The position numbers and the translations under genes are program-made. The notes beneath the pieces are model-generated. The model was not told the origin of the DNA. It did not search any database and was given only the letters and a program-made list of their open reading frames with translations. This document shows, one piece after another, positions 52,284 through 64,000 of a stretch of 64,000 nt of DNA. The stretch's first letter is position 1. Every line of letters begins with the position of its first letter. Source of the stretch: Felis catus. Taxonomy: Eukaryota. The stretch spans positions 107,882,001 to 107,946,000 of the forward strand of contig NC_058373.1 of the NCBI RefSeq assembly GCF_018350175.1, in the 5' to 3' direction.

Positions 52284-52649
52284 TGTGTCTTCATTCTTCT
52301 GGGCTCCTTTCACAAAATACCACAGGCCGGGTGGCTTTTAAACAACAGAAATTCATTTCTCACAGTTCTGGAGGCTGGAGGTCCAAGATCAAGGTGGCAG
52401 CAGATTCAGTGTCTGGTGATAGCTATCTTTTCTCTATGTCCTCACATGGCAGAAGGGGTTAAGGGAACTCTCTGGAGCCTCTTTTATAAAGGCACTAACC
52501 TCACTCATGAGGATTCCATCCACATGACCTAAGCACCTCTCAAAGGCCCCGCAAATACCATCACCTTTGGGGGTGAGGATTTCAGCGTATGAATTTGGGT
52601 CGGCGTGGGGAGAAGGATGGTCAGGGACACAAACATTCAGATGGAAGCA
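52284..52649 (-). mobile_element. MLT1A-type MaLR solo LTR
   Basis: caaaataccacagg...aacaacagaaattcatttctcacagttctggaggctggaggtccaagatcaaggt...gggacacaaacattcag; TG...CA ends; no clear TSD. Confidence 0.85.
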
Positions 52650-53754
52650 GTGGAGAATAGCACGGTTGTCAAAACTCATTTTCTCGAACCCTTAGAGGCT
52701 TTACTTGCGGACCACATCACACTGGCATGAGGCCAACAGACTTGCTCTCCTCTGTGGGATGTGACCGCCTCTCAGTCTACTTGTTTCATTTGTCTTCAAC
52801 TATGGAGGATGGACACTATAGCCTGATGTCGTTTCTGTGAAGCTGTATCAGCCCACATCTTGGGAAGTTTTATTTAAATTCTTGGCATCTGTGGTTCAGT
52901 TTTGAGAACTTATTTTAATTTACTCTTCAACTCGAATCCCATATGCAGGCTCCAACTGATATGGTTGACTTTGAAGGGAACACATTTAATTAGGATAGAT
53001 TCAAAAGCTATTTTTATCCTGTGGATTTATTTCGCAGGATAATTTAATTCCATTCAGGTTACTGGCCTGAGAGCAGAGTCTTAAGGATAAGCCTTTGAAA
53101 ACCAAGTCCTTGGAATTCACACACAGTAAAGGGCACAATTGGGTCGTACAAGGTATGAATTTGATCCATCCAGAGAGCACAGGGAGAAACTTGGGTGCAT
53201 GAGACAGCCTCATTTATCATACATGTCCTAGGATGGCCTTTACGGGAGCCAAAATGATATCATGGATGCTGCCTCTGACCTATCCAGATACAGGTATACC
53301 TTGTTTTATAGTGCTTTGCTTTTGCTTTACTGTACTCCACAGATAACTGTGGATATAGTGGATAACTATCTATCTATATCACAGTTTTATCACATATATA
53401 TGTGTGTGTGTGGTTTGTGGCAACCCTGTGTGGAGCAAGCCTACCGGTGCCTTTTTTTCAACAATATTTGCTCACGTTGTGTCTCTGTGTCACATTTCGG
53501 TAATCCTCAGAACATTTCACACTTTTTCATTATTATTGTATTTGTTTTGGTGATCAGTGACCTTTGATGTTACTATTCTAGCTGTTTTGGGGCTCCATGA
53601 ACTGCAGCCATATGAAATGGCAAACTTAATCCACAAATGTTGTATGTGTTTCTGACTGCTCCGTTGACCAACCCCTCCACCATCCCTCTCTCTCTCCTCG
53701 GACCTCCCTATTCCCTGAGACACAACAATATTAAAGTTAGTCCAGTGATTAACT

Positions 53755-55080
53755 GTGGCTTCTCGGTGTTCAAGTGAAAAGAAGAGTCACATGTCTCTCA
53801 CTTTAAATCACAAGGTAGAAATGATCACGCTTACTGAGGAAGGCACGTTGAAAGCCAAGATGGGGTGAAAGCTAGGCCCCTTGCACCAGTTAGCCAACTT
53901 GTGAATTCAGAGGAAAAGTTGTTGAAGGAAATGAAAAGTGCTAGTCCAGTGAACACACGAATGGTAACCAACACAGCCTTAATGCCGATACTGAGAAAAT
54001 GTGAGCGGTCTGGGTAGATCAGACAGCAACAACATTCCCTTAAGCCAAAGCCTGATCCAGAGCAAGGGCCTCCCTCTCTTCAATCCTGTGAAGGCTGACA
54101 GAGCCGAGGAAGCTGCGGAAGAGAAATTTGAAGCTAGCAGAGGGTGGTTCATGAGGTTAAGGGAAAGAAGACCTCTCCATAGACATCAAAGTACAAGGTG
54201 AAGCCCCAAGTGCTGATGTAGAAGATGTAGTGAGTTATCCAGAAGCTCTAGTTAAGATAATTAATGAAGGTGGCTACACAAGAGCACAGATTTTCAATGT
54301 AGATGAAACAGCCTCACATGGGAAAAAGATATTATCTAGGACTTTCATTGCTAAAGAGGAGAAGCGCATGCCTGGCCTCAAAGCCTCAAAGGACAGGCTT
54401 TGTTAGGAGCCAGTGCAACTGACGACTTTAAGTTGAAGCCAGTGCTCATTGACTATTCCAAAAATCCTCAGACCTTTAAGAATTATGTTAAATCCACTGT
54501 GCCTGTGTTCTATAAATGGAATGACAGAGCCTGGATGACAGCACATCTGTTTACAACATGGTTTACTGAATATTTTAAACCCACTTTTGAGACCTGCTGC
54601 TCAGAGAAAAAGGTTCCTTTCAAAATAGTACTGCTCTGGCAATGTACCTGGTCACCCAGGAGCTCTGGTGGAGAGGGACGAGGAGATGAATGTTGTTTGC
54701 ATGTCTGATAACACGGCATCCGTTCTGTAGCCCATGGATCAAGGTCATTTTGACTTTCAATTCTTATTATTAAAAAATACATTCCATAAGGCTATAGCTG
54801 CTATGGCTAGTGACTCCTCTAATGGATCTGGGCAAAGTAAATTGGAAACCTTCTGGAAAGGATTCACCATTCTAGATGCAATTAAGAACATTCTTGATTC
54901 ATGGGAAGAGGTCAAAATATCAACACGAACAGGAGTTTGGAAGGAGTGGATTCCAACCCTCATGGATGACTTCGAGGCTTGGAAGTCACTGCAGATGTGG
55001 TGGAAATAGCATGAGAACTAAAATTAGAAGTGGACCCTGAAGAGGGGACTGAATTGCTGCAATCTGGTAATAAAACTTGG
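53755..55080 (+). pseudogene. Tigger1 transposase pseudogene (CENP-B-type HTH plus DDE domain)
   Basis: Fragments [68 protein letters not shown] in several frames; start codon appears changed to GTG; stops and frameshifts. Confidence 0.9.
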
Positions 55081-55539
55081 ATGGATGAGGAGTTGTTTAT
55101 TATGGCTGAGCAAACAAAGTGGTTTTTTGAGATGGAATCTACTCCTGGTGAAGATGCTGTGAAGATTATTGAAATGACAGCAAAGCATTTAGAATATACT
55201 ATAAACTTAGTTGATACAGCAGTGGTAGGGTTTGACAAGTTTGACCCCAATTTTGGAAGAAGCCGTGTTGTGGGTAAAATGCTATCAAATAGCATCACAT
55301 GCGACAGAGAAATTGTTCATGAAAAAAAAATTAATCAACGTGGCAAACTCCGTTGTTACCTTATTTTGAGAAATTTTCACAGCCACCTAAGCCATCAGCA
55401 ACCACCACTCTGATGAGTCAACAGCCATCAACATGGAGGTGAGACTGTCCACCAGCAAAAACATTACAACTTCCTCAAAGCTCAGATGATGGTTAGCATT
55501 TTTTAGCAATAAGGTATTTTTTAAACATATCATACTTTT

Positions 55540-55757
55540 ATGTTATTTTATTTTTTAAAATTTATGTATCTATTCTGAAAGAGAGAGAGTGGGAACAGGG
55601 AGGGGCAGAGAGAGAGAGAGAGGGAGAATCCCAAGCAGGTTCTCTGCAGTCGGTGCAGAACCCAGCACAGGGCTGGAACTCACAAAACCATGAGACCATG
55701 ACCTGAACCGAAATCAGGAGTCGCACACTTAACCGACTGAGCCACCCAGTCACTCCG
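55540..55757 (-). mobile_element. Can-SINE nested in the Tigger1 3' region
   Basis: Reversed element ending cttaaccgactgagccacccag; Tigger1 resumes after it. Confidence 0.9.
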
Positions 55758-57989
55758 TCAAGAACATATTTTAAAATTAAGATTGTTTTTTAGACATAAT
55801 GCTATCCCACAATTTTAATAGATTACAGTGTAAGCATAACTTTTATATACACTGGGAAACCAAAAAATGTATTGACTCATTTCAGACAGTTCATTCTGGA
55901 ACTGAACCTGTAAATATCTCTGAGAGATGCCTGTAGAGGGGCTGTTGTTTATTGCTGGGAAAGGTTTTTATTTTTCAGTGTGTTGCAAATCATTGCCAAT
56001 AGGACTTTGGAAGGTAGTACCATAGGCTCCCTATGACTTGACTTTCTTCTGTCTCTTAGCCAACTGTGCCTTGTGTGAGAGGAGAAAGGCCAGTTACATT
56101 TCTGTGCTTTTCCGCTTGACCCTGATTTTCAGACGTGTTCACTTGCATTTCTTGGAGGAACAGAAGTCCAGTTCCCTGGAGATACAGCAAGAACAGGGGT
56201 TGTGCCTTCGCCTTTGGTTAGAAGGTCTGGGGCTGCCACGGCCCAGAGACCAAGAAGAAAGGGCTGGGAAGTAAGCAGTCAATGAGCCACTTTGCTAAGG
56301 GGAAAAAAAAGACTATTCATTCCTTTGTCCTGGGCTTGTTGGCTGATTGGGAGCCCAGATAGAGCTCATGAATAATTTACAAGGCCATTGACTTTTTTCA
56401 GAGTCAAGTCCTACAGAAAAGTTAGGAAGACAAAAGGGCACGCATCCCATTTACCTGCGCTCCAGCATTACAAGCCCCATTTTCAATCATGTTTCATAAC
56501 CTATTTTAAAGGGAAACTCAGGCGCCCTTGACATTTCAACCCCAAACTCTTAAAGCCAGCTAGCACACATTGGAGTTGCTGTTTTTGACAAAGCATAGGA
56601 TGTATCTAAAATATGTTTAGTGAGAAACCTTTATGGAAGGGCACAATTTAACTTTTGATTCCCCCTTACTGTCTTAACACCTGAACACAGTGCATTTTAA
56701 TACACACTGTGAACCCATGAGTCAGACCACCCTGTACCCTATGCAGTTCTTGGCTTGCTGTGTGCCTGGTAATCAGTGTTTACTCCTAATGCCCCAAGTG
56801 CTTACCGTGGAAATTTGCTGTCCTGTCCCATTGTCCAGGTGTGGAACTGACCCACAGAGGCTGACTGCCAGACCTGAAATAATGTCTTTTAACATGTAGC
56901 ACATTAACTTTTAAAGAAAATCAACTTTGATTTCTCCTCAAATCGAGAGAACAGTCTCTACCTAATTTGACTTTTTTTAAAATTCAGAATTTGGGAAGAT
57001 TAACAATCTCCCTCCGAGATAAGGTCTGTTAAGCTAGTCTTTGAAAACAGTTCTGTGTGAATATTAGTCTCTAATAGCATCTGACTCTTGTTTCTCAAGG
57101 ATGTCATACGGGACTGTCAGGTACCTTGCTGACTTCACATACCTGTGTGGTTTGAAATTAGCTAAGCATAGTTTTGCTTGGGGAGCCCTCCACTGTGAGC
57201 ATTGCTTCTATGTCGAAGAATTCACAGTTAATCTGTTTCCAAATCAATTTGTATTTGGGTCAGTAATGAAGGTCACCTGCTTGAGTCATTGTTCTCTGAT
57301 ATCTACCTCTTCCCCCCTCTTGAAAATCTTGTAACATTTGTTAGATTCCCATCTCCTGGGACCTTCTCACTCCTAAGTGTTTCTTATTGACAGAATTTCA
57401 AGGTTCTCAAATGTCTTTCATTTGAGTCTGGAATTTTGGGCCCTTACTGTTACCTCACCTGTATTGGAATTCATTTCCATATTTATATTTATTGTACTCA
57501 TTCTAGTGAGAAAAAACTTCTCTGTAGATAAAGATGAAAACCAAATTTAGAAGCTCTGTGTTCCCTTTGTCATTGGATAACATCATTCCTTCTGCTCCGA
57601 GAAGTAGGTCTAGTCTTTCCGGATCTGTTTGTTGCAAGGAAAACTACAAATTGTCGTTTGTCATTTTCATGAGAGTCCTTGTTTCTTCAGGATGTGCCAA
57701 CCATGGGACTCTCAATACAGATTTTGACTATGAACCCTTCTTAGAATTGTTACTAAAACTCCAAACTATGTAGTCACATTCCTGCCTCTTCTCTTAGCTT
57801 GTCATGATTGCTCTGTCAAATGGAGGCCTCATTCAGTGCCTTCCACGGTCACCAGAAAGTGACTTCACGGTCCCCTTTCAAAGATGTGATGGAGAGCTCA
57901 AAGGATTTCCAGCTTATTAGAATAGCTGGACATTCCCCCCCCCAATGAAACTTGACTACTTTTCTCCTCCCTCCCACAGCCTTTGGAGA

Positions 57990-60430
57990 TATTTAGCAGG
58001 TGTTTATTGAGCATCAACTTTCTGCCAAGGATACAAGCATAATAATGAGCAAAAACAAAATATTCCCTTATGGAGAGTATGGTATAGTGAGGGAGAAAGA
58101 CCTCAATCAGATGGCCATGCTAGTAGAAAATCACAACTGTGACCAGTGCCACGAACAACGGGAATGCACTGCAATGAGTGAGAACTTTTAATACAGTGAT
58201 TCAGGCTGGTCAGGGAGAGACAGAAGAGTTTTCTAAGGAAGTCACTCTTGAGCTGAGGTGACCAGTGAAGAGGGATGGAAATACCATTTAAAACAGAAGG
58301 AATAGCAAATGCAGGTTCCAGACATCAGGAAGAAGCACGGCAAGTTCAAGGGCTCTATAGGTGGCCAGTGTGTTTGGAGTCTAGGAGGCATATTCTCCCA
58401 CAATAGGCATTTCATTATCCTAGAGCGTTCACTGTCATCTGATGACTTCTCGATTTTATTAGACACTCTTTGTAAGTAATTTATTTGAAAGTTAGGTAAG
58501 TCTGGTCATGCTGCCAATTGCTGGAGGAGCAATCCATTCACAGTGGGCTCCTTGTGTCCGGTTCTATGTGTTTATGTTCAACAATGGAATTATAAAAATA
58601 TTAGAGCCAGATGAGGCCTCCAAGATTGCCTAGTGCCAAGTTCTCTTTTATACATGAGGAAATTCAGGTCTGAAACATCCAAACAGTAGATTGCTTCTCA
58701 GAATGGATGTTTTCTTAAGATGGCTCACCTGTAATTTATTTTCCATCTCAGGGGGAAAAAAATTACCATTTTGTTTCAATCTTTAACTTACTACTGACAC
58801 GGAGAGCTAATCAGGACATTTGGAGGTATTCGATACCGTTCACTCCATTTCAGTGAGGAAAATGCAGTTGACCTCAGAATATATTTCCTGAGCTCTTACT
58901 TTTATTAGGAGATATAAATACAAAATGAATAGATGTGGTGTCTGCCCTTTGAGGCTCTATCTGTGGGTTGGGAGAGATGGCCCATAAATACACAATGGCA
59001 GATGGATTCCAAAATTGGAGTATTCCCAGCATATTATGGGAGCAAAGAGAATGGCCACTTAGCCTAACATGGAGGTTTAGACAGACTTTCTGTAGGAAGT
59101 GATGAAAAGTTAAAACCTGAACAAAAATAAGGAGGGTGTTTAGGTAGGGGGCAAGCTTGAGCAAAAGTTGAGAAGTATGAAAGCTCCTGGTGAGTGTGTG
59201 TGTAGAGTGGAAAACTACAAGAATTTTGGAACTTACAGTTTGAGCTATGGTGGAAGATAAGGCTAGAGGGTTTGGCAGAAATGAAGCTATGAAAGGCTTA
59301 ACATTCTTGAGATGTTTGCATTCTCTATCACTTCGGATTTGGGGCCATTGCCTGTAATAGGAAATGGAATATGATGGTGGCTTAAGCTAGATAGAAATGT
59401 ATTTCTCTCTCCTGTAAAAAGTCTGGAAGTGGGCAGTCCAGCTCATGAAAGCTCCATGGAGTCATTTGGGACTCAGATTTCTATCTTTTTTGTTCAGCCA
59501 TCTTCAGGGTCACTCTGTGGTCTAATATGTTTGCTAAAGCTTCAGGAATCATCTCTGTATTCCAGATGGGCAAAGGGTACTTCTCCCAGCTGAGTTAGTT
59601 CCCTTTAGGGAGCCTGAAATTCCACACAATACTTACCGTGGAAATTGCCAGAACTTGGTCCCTTGACTGCAGTTAGCTGTAGTGAAGGCTAGGAAGTTAT
59701 TATGCGGCCATGTTCTAGCGACAAATCAGGGTTTTCTTACTAAAGAAAGAGGGGCAGGATAATTATTTGATAGGAAACTCGCAGTGTCAGATACAAATTC
59801 CATGCCAGGGAATTTGGTTTTTCTGTAGCAGGTGAAGAAGAGTTTTTGAAGAATTTCCAGCAGCTTGCATGACATGAGTGGATTTATATTTCATATTTAT
59901 GTGTGGGAGGGAGCATGCAGACACATACATGTAGGTAGCAGGGGGAGGTTCAATTTGTGACCATTGCAGTGTTCCAGGTAGGAAGATAATGAGGACCTGG
60001 ACTAAGATGCTAGTTGGGCTGAGGAGAAGGGCATAAGTTTAAGAGATGTACAACGGACAGGATTAGTGACTGGGTGGGTCCAGGGGATGAGGGAGCAAAC
60101 TGGAGTCATTCCTAGGTGTTTAGTTAGAAGATTGGATAGACGATGGTACCATTAGCTGGGAGCCCAGCTAATGAGCCCTGGAAGCCTTCTAGACAGAAGA
60201 GGAAGATGACAAGATGTATAAACATAGTATGTCAGGCACCTGAGACACATTCCAGTGGAGATGTGCAATGGGAAGGTGGATATGAGTCTGAAGCTCAGTG
60301 AAAAAGATAGACTGGAACACATATTTAGAAGTCATCAGGACATAGCTATCAGTTCAGAGCATGGGGACTGGATGAGATCACCGGACAAGAGTGTCTTAAG
60401 CAGAACTGTGAGCCAAGGACAGAACCCTAC
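57990..60430 (-). mobile_element. L2 fragments (~57990-58380 and ~58870-60430)
   Basis: tgtttattgagca, atttccaaattccagtggagatgtgcaa-like L2 words, ttccaggtaggaagataatgagg; approximate ends. Confidence 0.5.
59324..59795 (-). mobile_element. Old MLT1-type LTR inserted in L2
   Basis: gtggcttaagctagatagaaatgtatttctctc...aagtctggaagtgggcagtccag...ttggccagaacttggtc-like motif...agctgtagtgaaggctaggaa. Confidence 0.55.
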
Positions 60431-60816
60431 GAAACTGGACCCCATTAGAAATGTGCCTAAATTTGGCTCTAGGGCTTAAAAAAACTTTTTTTGGTATATT
60501 GCATCATTTAGAGTGTCCCCCAAAGTGCAAATCCATTTAAATTACAATGCTATAAAAGAATAGTAGAAGATCACTTACATATTCTTTCAACTGAAAGAAT
60601 CCTGGGCATGGTTTTCAGAAAGTCTTGGTGTTGGACCCAGCCCTGCTTCATGCTGGTACTGGGGGTGTGGGCAGGTTTCAGAATGCTCTGAGATTGTTTG
60701 CCCATCTGTACATTGATGTGGCTTCTCTGCAGGGTATTGTTGAAGCTCAAATCAGGTGAAAGTGAAATGTGAAAGTTCTTTGAAACATGCCATGTCAATA
60801 TAAGAGGTTATTCTTT

Positions 60817-61005
60817 GGGGTACCCAGTGGCTCAGTCAAGCCTCTGACTCTTGATTTCAGCTCTGGTCATGTTCTCAGGGTTTATGAGTTGGAGCCCTGC
60901 ATCAGGGGTTGTCAGTGTGGAGCCTGCTTGGGGTTCTGTCTGTCTGTCTGTCTCTCTCTCTCTTCCCCTACCCCACTGTGTCTCTAAATAAATAAACTTT
61001 TTTAA
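60817..61005 (+). mobile_element. Can-SINE
   Basis: Head gtggctcagtcaagcctctgactcttg; TSD-like aggttat(t/a)cttt. Confidence 0.9.
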
Positions 61006-61899
61006 AAAAGGTTATACTTTGCATACATGTTATCAGCTGATTTGGATTTTCTTTGTAGCATGGACTTGAACTGAAGTTATCCTCAAGATGCTTCCTCGGG
61101 AATGGGGAATTCTTTACAGAAATTGGAGATTTAGCTTGTAAATATCAACCTTCTGAAGACCAATCTTTTTATAGTAAACTAAATTTGATTGTAAACTAAA
61201 TTTGATTGTGTTTTCTTTTCAAACGAAATTATTTTCTTTGCATTTTAACAATATTTTGAAATTGTATATAGTTACTATACTTACCACATACTAATCGTAA
61301 ATCTTTAAGATAGTTTCCTTATGAAACCCTGGAGCATATGGTACAGATTGTAAAATTTGAACACTCTACTTTTGCATTTTGTTTAAATTTTAACTCTGTA
61401 ATGTATGGAGGGAGCAATTGAACTCATTTGGGACTTAACTTTTCCAGTACTGAAGCAGATTTTTGGTTTTTCATTTGAGGGGAGGTTCCAGAACTTTTTT
61501 GGACCATATGCGGTGCATATCCTGACAGTTTAGTCAGTGTGGTTTCTCAAAGGACCCAGATTAATGGCTGAAAGAAATTTCAGCCCTGAAACATTTTGTT
61601 TCTGTACTTTACTTTCTGTCCTTATTCAATCAGGATACTGATCCTGGCATACCTCATCAGCATTTGACCTTTTGTATCAGCAAGAGCTGTGGTTATTTGG
61701 AACTAGTTGATAAATGTGTTAATTGATTCCACTCACTGATGAAATCAAGCCACCAGTTTTGTTCTTCTCCCCACCGGATTGATAGAGCAAGCAGCTTACT
61801 GCTTCACTGTAATTAAACACAATCTTGGATTTATTTGCTAAGCCATAAAAATACAGTCAGTTGGTCTTTAGGTATCAGATGAACATTTGTAAAAAGTGG

Positions 61900-62950
61900 T
61901 TCAGTTGTACAGTTCAGCAAATGCTTATGAAATGCCTGCTTAATGCAAAGCTTTATGTCAGGTCCCAAGAGAGTTAAAGAAGACTAAAGAAAGGCATCCC
62001 CTCAAACTTGGCGTATTTATTCATTTCTTTAACACATATGTCTGGAGAACCTACTGTGTGCCAGGCACTGTGCTAAGCTCTGGAAACAAATGAGACAAAA
62101 CCCTGTACCCTCAAGGAACTTAAATTCTAGCACAGGTAGTCAGATAAACAAAAAGTGGATATATGGCATGTTGGAGCGATGAATTCTATGGAGCAAAAAG
62201 CTGTGTAAGGGGAAGATCAAGTTCAGGGAGGGTGGGACATTTAAGCAGATGAGCAGAGACCTACGGACATGAGGAAGCAAGGTCTATGTGAATATCTGGG
62301 GGAAGAACATTCTGGACAGAAGGAATGGCAAGCTGACAAAGCTTTTGGGAGGGGAGCATGCTGAAGGAGTGGCAAAGAGAATAGTAGGCTGGAGTTTCTG
62401 CAATACAGAATAATGGCCACGTGTACTTAGCATATATCTCTAAGGATTAATGTCTCTGTAAGGAGTCCTACTTAGTTAATTTCAGCTTCTTGGGACATCT
62501 CTCCAAGGTAAATGGTACTATCCCTACTTTCCACATAAGGAAACTTGAGGCTCTGGGAAGTAAAATAACTTGTTCGGGGTCACACAGTATGTAGGGGAAC
62601 TCTACAATCCTACCTCAGGTTTGAATCCACGAAGGTGCCAAGTTTCCTCAATCAACAGTGCATGGGATGCTTTGTGTTCTCTCTGCCAGGCTAACTCCTG
62701 CTAACCTGTGCAGTCTCAGCTAGGTGTCACCTCCACTGGGAGACTTTTCTAGACTCCCTGCCCCCTAACACATGAGCTAGGTTCGGTGCCTATCCTGTCT
62801 GCTCCTGTGACATCCTGTAATACCCTTCTCCTCACACTTTTTCTGGCCCGTGTGTCTCTTCATACGGACCACTTCATGAAGGCAGGGAGCAGGCCTGTCT
62901 AACCCATTGTCTGTGACCAGCATTACACTAATCTAAACCCATGATTTGCT
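61900..62950. mobile_element. L2 and MIR fragments
   Basis: cctactgtgtgccaggcactgtgctaagc...cctcaaggaactta (L2 end) and aaggaaacttgaggctctgggaagtaaaataacttg (MIR core). Confidence 0.6.
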
Positions 62951-63341
62951 CAGAATTCAAGGTCATGCTTTTTCATAAATGAAAGCCTTCTGAGAAATTG
63001 CTTTACTTAAAAGAACAGCTGAGTATCCATACTAGAAGTTTTCAAATGATAATTCTAATTCTTGAAGAATGTTTAAATTTGGATTTTCATTTCGGTTAAT
63101 AATATAAATAATTCTTTCACCGGTTATAAGGACACAATTCTTCCTTGCAATTGTAATTCTCAAATGAAAGTTATTGCAGAGGAAAAGACTCTGTGTTTCT
63201 TCACATGTTCTTGAAAAAGGAGCCATGCAGTAGACAAGTTGGAAAAACAGTGCTGGTCTCTGCCATGATTCTTCAACCACGGCTCTACACTTGATGGCAT
63301 GGAGCCACAGCACTTGTGACACATTCAAGTTGTATACTTTT

Positions 63342-63522
63342 TTAATTGTTTTTAGTGTTTATTCATTTTTGAGAGGTGGGGGGCAGAGAGAGAGGGAGAC
63401 ACAGAATCTGAAGCAGGCTCCAGGCTCTGAGCTGTCAGCACAGAGGCCGATGCGGGGCTCAAACCCACAAACCGCGAGATCATGACCTGAGCTGAAGTCG
63501 GATTGAGCCACCCAGGTGCTCC
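63342..63522 (-). mobile_element. Can-SINE
   Basis: Reversed element; TSD core gttgtatac at 63329-63337 and 63525-63533. Confidence 0.92.
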
Positions 63523-63867
63523 TGGTTGTATACCTTTTTGCTTAAGGTGGTGCTAATCCCTCTCAGAGTTAAGTTAGATCTGTCCGCTGTATTCAGAGGA
63601 CTTCAGTGTTTATTGATCTCAATTTTTATGCCTTCCTGCTAAAAGCAAAGGTAATAACTTTTTCAAGGTCTTTTTATAAATTGGACATTGATTTTAAGTT
63701 TTTTAAGCCAACCATATATATTTTGCACATAATGACTGAGGGAGAAAGCCTGGTGATGTCACTTTTTTACAGTTAGGTGTAAGTTATTGAATAATGCTAA
63801 CACCCTGAAGTTATTAAGGGGCTATCTTCAAACTAGGCTACCAAACTCTTCCTCTCATAAAAGCATG

Positions 63868-63879
63868 CGCACACACACA

Positions 63880-63913
<34 letters not shown>

Positions 63914-63929
63914 TCATCATCATCTTCAT
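63868..63929. repeat. Compound (CA)n(CAT)n microsatellite
   Basis: Directly visible. Confidence 0.95.
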
Positions 63930-64000
63930 GGGGGTATATACTCATCAATGAGAGCAATGATTTTCCCCGTGTTTTAAATTTTTAAAATAAAATTTATTCT

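Larger units (their letters stand above)
53291..55933 (+). mobile_element. Full-length Tigger1 (TcMar/pogo DNA transposon)
   Basis: TA|caggtatacc ... gagatgcctg|TA termini (terminal inverted repeats plus TA duplication); about 2.4 kb after removing the nested SINE; transposase remnants throughout. Confidence 0.92.

Noticed and set aside
54001..55413. Possible domesticated TIGD-like gene
   Set aside because: Transposase is split over several frames by stops and frameshifts, and the element retains transposon termini.

Overview
Mammalian genomic DNA, almost certainly a cat-family (Felidae) genome, judged from about 25 carnivore tRNA-derived SINEs (Can-SINE / SINEC_Fc type). The window lies entirely inside the protein kinase C eta gene (PRKCH) on the + strand. 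Eight internal coding exons are present (exons 3-10 by human numbering: 151, 35, 89, 130, 128, 144, 174 and 155 nt; 1006 nt in total). All have GT-AG boundaries and join into one uninterrupted frame covering the pseudosubstrate, C1A, C1B, hinge and the N-terminal half of the kinase domain; the start and stop codons lie outside the window. The rest is intron filled with SINEs, L1/L2/MIR fragments, MaLR (MLT1) solo LTRs, a MER20 and a full-length but dead Tigger1. I found no convincing new biological system. The best leads are Ile at the position of human Val374Ile, inverted SINEs around an in-frame exon 8-9 cassette, a CpG-rich candidate internal promoter in intron 9, two strong CTCF motifs, and several readable retrotransposition histories. 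Repeat family names come from recalled consensus sequences, and repeat coordinates without a target-site duplication (TSD) are approximate.
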